From NCBI GenBank assembly GCA_001724265.1, contig MEDY01000091.1, positions 62,001-82,904 of the forward strand: 20,904 bases of DNA. Reading direction: 5' to 3'. The stretch is from Rhizaria sp. SCN 62-66. Taxonomy: Eukaryota. Both the position numbers and the translations under genes were made by a program. Shown here piece after piece: positions 17,545-20,904 of this stretch (positions are counted from its first letter, which is position 1; the number at the start of each line of letters is the position of its first letter). The notes beneath the pieces were generated by a model. The model saw nothing but the letters and a program-made list of their open reading frames with translations, searched no databases and was not told where the DNA came from.

Positions 17545-19230
17545 ATGTCGTCCTCTGGTGCTGGTATCGGTGAGACGGCCTACGTCTTGCGCGCGCACGA
17601 AGAGCTGCGCGTCGAGGCTTCGCCCACAGTTCCCATCACCGTCTCGCTTAAGTCCGGCACATGCGAAGTTTTCGGCACGGAGCTCGCTAAGGACATGCCG
17701 TACATCTTTTCTGATGCAAAGCTCGCGTTTTACACTTTTCATAGCTGCGAGCTCATCGTCTCTGGCGTTCCCCTGCTCGCGTATGTGTCGTCCGACTGCA
17801 CGACGCACGTCCATGCCAACATCCACGCCGAGCTGGACAAAATGCGTCGCAACGCAGGCCGCATCGAGCCCACGGTTACCGTTCCCGTGCCTCCGCGCCC
17901 GCACACGCTTCTCGCTGCCGCCACCGACTCCTCAAGCTCTTCTAGCGACAATGCGACCTCTGAGAACGCTTCGAACGACGACAGTGAGCCCCGCCTTGTC
18001 ACCATTCCTTCCCCCGAGTCAGCCGGTCCCCGCGCCCTCATCGTCGGCGCCCCCGGCTCCGGCGCTTCTTCTCTGTTCCGCACGCTCGTGACATACGCCA
18101 CCCGCAGCAACTGGCAGCCCACGGCCGTGGACCTCGACCCCTCAGATAACCTGTTTTCGGTCCCCGGTTCGCTTTCCGCGCTGAGCGCCGAGATGCCGCT
18201 GGGCCTCGGCCACGGCGCCACGCTGGCCGCGCCCGCCGCCTCGGCCGCGGCGTTGTCTTCACCGCTGGTCCACTTCTTTGGCCACCAGACGGTGAGAGCG
18301 AACGAGCCGCTCTGGCGCAAGCAGGTGACGCGCCTCGCTAAGTCGGTCGACGCGCGCGCCGGCGAGCCCTACTTGCACGCGCTCACCGAGACGCAGGCGC
18401 ACTACGCCACTGCGGGCGCGGATGCCGCCGCCACGGCCGAGGCCAGCGCGGTCGCGTCGGGCGCCTCGGCCGCCGAGGCCGCCGCAGCCGCCGCGGCGGC
18501 GACACTGGCCAACGCGCCCTTGCTGGCGGCCGCCGTGGCGGCCGTAGTGCCCGGAACCGTGCCGCAGACGACGCCGCCGGAGCTCACCGCGGCGCAGCGG
18601 CGCACGCGCGCGTCAGGCGTGCTGGTGCACTTCCCCAGCACGCAGGCGGGCGGGACCGTGGAGCTGCTGGCGCACGCCGTGGCCGCCTTCCGAATCGACG
18701 TCGTCGTTGTCGTGGACAACGAGCGCCTCGAGGCGCAGCTGCGGCAGAACGCGCTGTTCGAGGCCGTAAGCGTCGCCACGGTGCCCAAGTCCTCAGGCGT
18801 GGTTAGCGTGGGCTCGCTCGACAGTGCAGACCGCGCCGCGCGCGCGGCCCGGCGGATCAAGGAGTACTTCTACGGCGCCAAGGGTGACTTCGCGCCGCAG
18901 CAAATGAGCATCAAGGCGGGGCTGATGCAGATCTTCAGCACGACGCCACCGCGCGTGCTCGACGACACGCTGATGCCCGAGGGGCTCGCCGGGCCTGGCA
19001 ACGCGTCGGAGCAGCTCGTGGTGCCCGCGGACATTACCGGCGCGCACACACAGGCCATCTTCGCCATCTCGGCCGCCACCACCACCGCCGAGGTCGCCGA
19101 ATCCCACGTCTTCGGCTTTCTCTGCGTCAAGAACGTCGAAGATGGGATTGTCTCGTGCCTGGCGCCTACCGACGAGGCGCGGCCCGGCAATATGCGCTTT
19201 GTGGTTGGCTCCATCGCCTGGATGGACTAA
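17545..19230 (+). CDS. CLP1: CLP1-family polyribonucleotide 5'-hydroxyl kinase / cleavage factor II subunit, 561 aa, apparently intronless, degenerate active site
   Basis: N-terminal domain motifs ELRVE, LKSGTCEVFGTEL, AFYTFHSC, YVS, HANIHAELDKMR; GPRALIVG P-loop region; VDLDP, SVPGSLSA, PLVHFFG, VPKSSGVV, IKEYFYG, FGFLCV; ends GSIAWMD; stop TAA. Confidence 0.9.
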   Translation: MSSSGAGIGETAYVLRAHEELRVEASPTVPITVSLKSGTCEVFGTELAKDMPYIFSDAKLAFYTFHSCELIVSGVPLLAYVSSDCTTHVHANIHAELDKMRRNAGRIEPTVTVPVPPRPHTLLAAATDSSSSSSDNATSENASNDDSEPRLVTIPSPESAGPRALIVGAPGSGASSLFRTLVTYATRSNWQPTAVDLDPSDNLFSVPGSLSALSAEMPLGLGHGATLAAPAASAAALSSPLVHFFGHQTVRANEPLWRKQVTRLAKSVDARAGEPYLHALTETQAHYATAGADAAATAEASAVASGASAAEAAAAAAAATLANAPLLAAAVAAVVPGTVPQTTPPELTAAQRRTRASGVLVHFPSTQAGGTVELLAHAVAAFRIDVVVVVDNERLEAQLRQNALFEAVSVATVPKSSGVVSVGSLDSADRAARAARRIKEYFYGAKGDFAPQQMSIKAGLMQIFSTTPPRVLDDTLMPEGLAGPGNASEQLVVPADITGAHTQAIFAISAATTTAEVAESHVFGFLCVKNVEDGIVSCLAPTDEARPGNMRFVVGSIAWMD

Positions 19231-19693
19231 GCTTGCTTTGAAACAACTTGATTAAAATTCGATGTGTGCTTGCGAACAGTGTGTTATCTATTTTGTGACA
19301 TGCGTCAGCTTCATTGGTTAGTAAGGTTTTAAATAGATATCCTATTTTAGCATGTGTTATTCTTTTAGTTGTACATGTACATGTATTTTGATTTATATCA
19401 ACTCGTAATTGTAAGAAAGAAAGCAAGACCACATAGCTTCCATTGTTACTAAGTACATGTATGTACGTACAAGGATAAAAGCACGAGCACGAGTCTAAAC
19501 ATTGTTATCATGTTACGCATGCGTAAAACAGAGAGAAAAAATCTGAAAGAATCGGAAAAATGATGGTTATACAGAAACTAGATAAATGAAACAAGAAGTG
19601 AAAAAAACTCAGCGCAACAGGCTCCAATGCATCAACGACGAAGCGTTCATCACTTTCCTATTGAGGCTTGTGACGCAGCTGACGGCAACGTGC

Positions 19694-20545
19694 TTAAAGC
19701 CATGAGTTGACAGTGAGTGAGGTGGGCTGGCGCGAGACATCCTGGGGGCGCTTAGGCGCAGTGTAAACGTAGTGGTCGCGGTGGCGGTGGCCTGTCACAG
19801 AGAATAACCAGGAGAAAAAACATTAGCAAGTAAACAAGGATGAATATAAACATGTCAGAAAAACAAATATGTAAGGTCATTATATTTTATCATGAACAAT
19901 ATAACTCGAAGACGAATGTTAAATGCATCATATCAATCTGAAATCGTGCGTACCATAGCCGAGTCCAGCGGGAGCGTAAATGATTCTGCCTTTCTCGTCG
20001 TACTGCGTCGGCTTGTCCTTGTTTCCTGTGGACCTACGAGCGGCGCCAAACTCGGTGCCGGGCACGGAAATGTGCAGCCGCACGCTAGCGTTGACAGATG
20101 CACCGATGTTTCCAGCGCTCATGACGTCCTCGCCGCTCGCCAGGCGCGCAGCAGCCGGGTTGCCGGTCGTGTCGAACGAGTTCGAGCCCGCGCCAGGACG
20201 CGCCGCGGCGGGCGCGGTCGCGGCGGGCGCGGTCGCGGCAAAAGATACAGCGGGCGCAGTTACCTTGGCGCGCTGCTGGAGAAGCTGCGCAGCGGTGGGC
20301 ATGCGGTCGGCGTCTGAGCTGGCGAGGTAGCGCGAGTGGTCGCGGTGGTGGATACCGTAGCCCAGCGACGCGGCGTCGATGTTCGGAACGTACTTCGCGC
20401 GGCGCTCGGCTGACGACTCAAGAGGAGGAAGAGTTCCCTCAAGGGCCTTCATGATGTCCTTAACAGTCATGTTCATAGTCACAGTGACGCCCGAAGAGGT
20501 CTGGCTGGGCTGCGTCTGGCTAAGAGAAGCGGACTGGGCTGACAT
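19694..20545 (-). CDS. Uncharacterised 229-aa protein with two LGYGxxHRDH motifs
   Basis: Exons 20545-19954 and 19791-19694; intron 19953-19792 (GTACGC...CAG). Splicing produces LGYGHRHRDHY, matching the earlier LGYGIHHRDH, which supports the junction; stop TAA. The ATG directly follows an acceptor-like CAG, so an upstream exon cannot be excluded. Confidence 0.7.
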
Positions 20546-20904
20546 CTGCGCGATGAGATACGTGGGTGATAAAATCATCCGATCAAAAGGTTTTTAATAA
20601 AAGTTAGAACATACAAAATGAAAATATGTCAAACATGCAAAATTAATCACTATTAACGATGACACATTGCACTAGAGTCAAAGAAATCTCAGCGAACCAA
20701 GAAGAAACGGCCTGACTCCATCCGACCACAAACGAAACCAGCCTTCCTATTTTTCGTCTATACGACTTCCTTATTATCGCACGGATATGATGATAAGACA
20801 ACATTTGTGACGCACGACATTTTACATTTAAAAAAGCATGTGAGACGGTGACTAAGACGGCCCGCGGTGTATTCCCCTCGCTGTGTCCAAAGGTGGTGTT
20901 TCTG

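Noticed and set aside
1-20904. Transposons, introner families, CRISPR arrays, rRNA or tRNA genes
   Set aside because: No transposase or RT motifs, terminal repeats, repeat-spacer arrays or recognisable structural RNA sequence were seen; introns are mutually dissimilar by eye.

Overview
Gene-dense eukaryotic (protist-like) nuclear DNA with very GC-rich exons and AT-rich introns and intergenic spacers. I reconstruct nine protein-coding genes: (1) a >1400-aa uncharacterised low-complexity protein with a degenerate EF-hand-pair-like domain (minus strand, runs off the left edge, absent from the ORF track); (2) an uncharacterised Ser/Asp-rich protein with a spliced Cys/His zinc-ribbon; (3) VPS4; (4) MMAB/PduO-type cobalamin adenosyltransferase; (5) hemC/HMBS; (6) NOP58; (7) PPAN/SSF1; (8) CLP1; (9) a 229-aa unknown protein with a duplicated LGYGxxHRDH motif. 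Eleven GT-AG coding introns can be placed (135-196 nt; 9 of 11 start GTACG). The strongest oddity is an in-frame TAG at 9542-9544, between a convincing mitochondrial presequence and the MMAB catalytic domain, while no predicted gene here ends in TAG. This could be UAG reassignment, readthrough-controlled targeting, alternative splicing, or an error/mutation. Other leads: a CLP1 whose P-loop Lys is replaced by Ala (probable pseudokinase), splice-acceptor-like sites just upstream of almost every start codon (5'-UTR introns or spliced-leader trans-splicing), and structured elements in two divergent promoters. All gene models are manual and have no transcript support.
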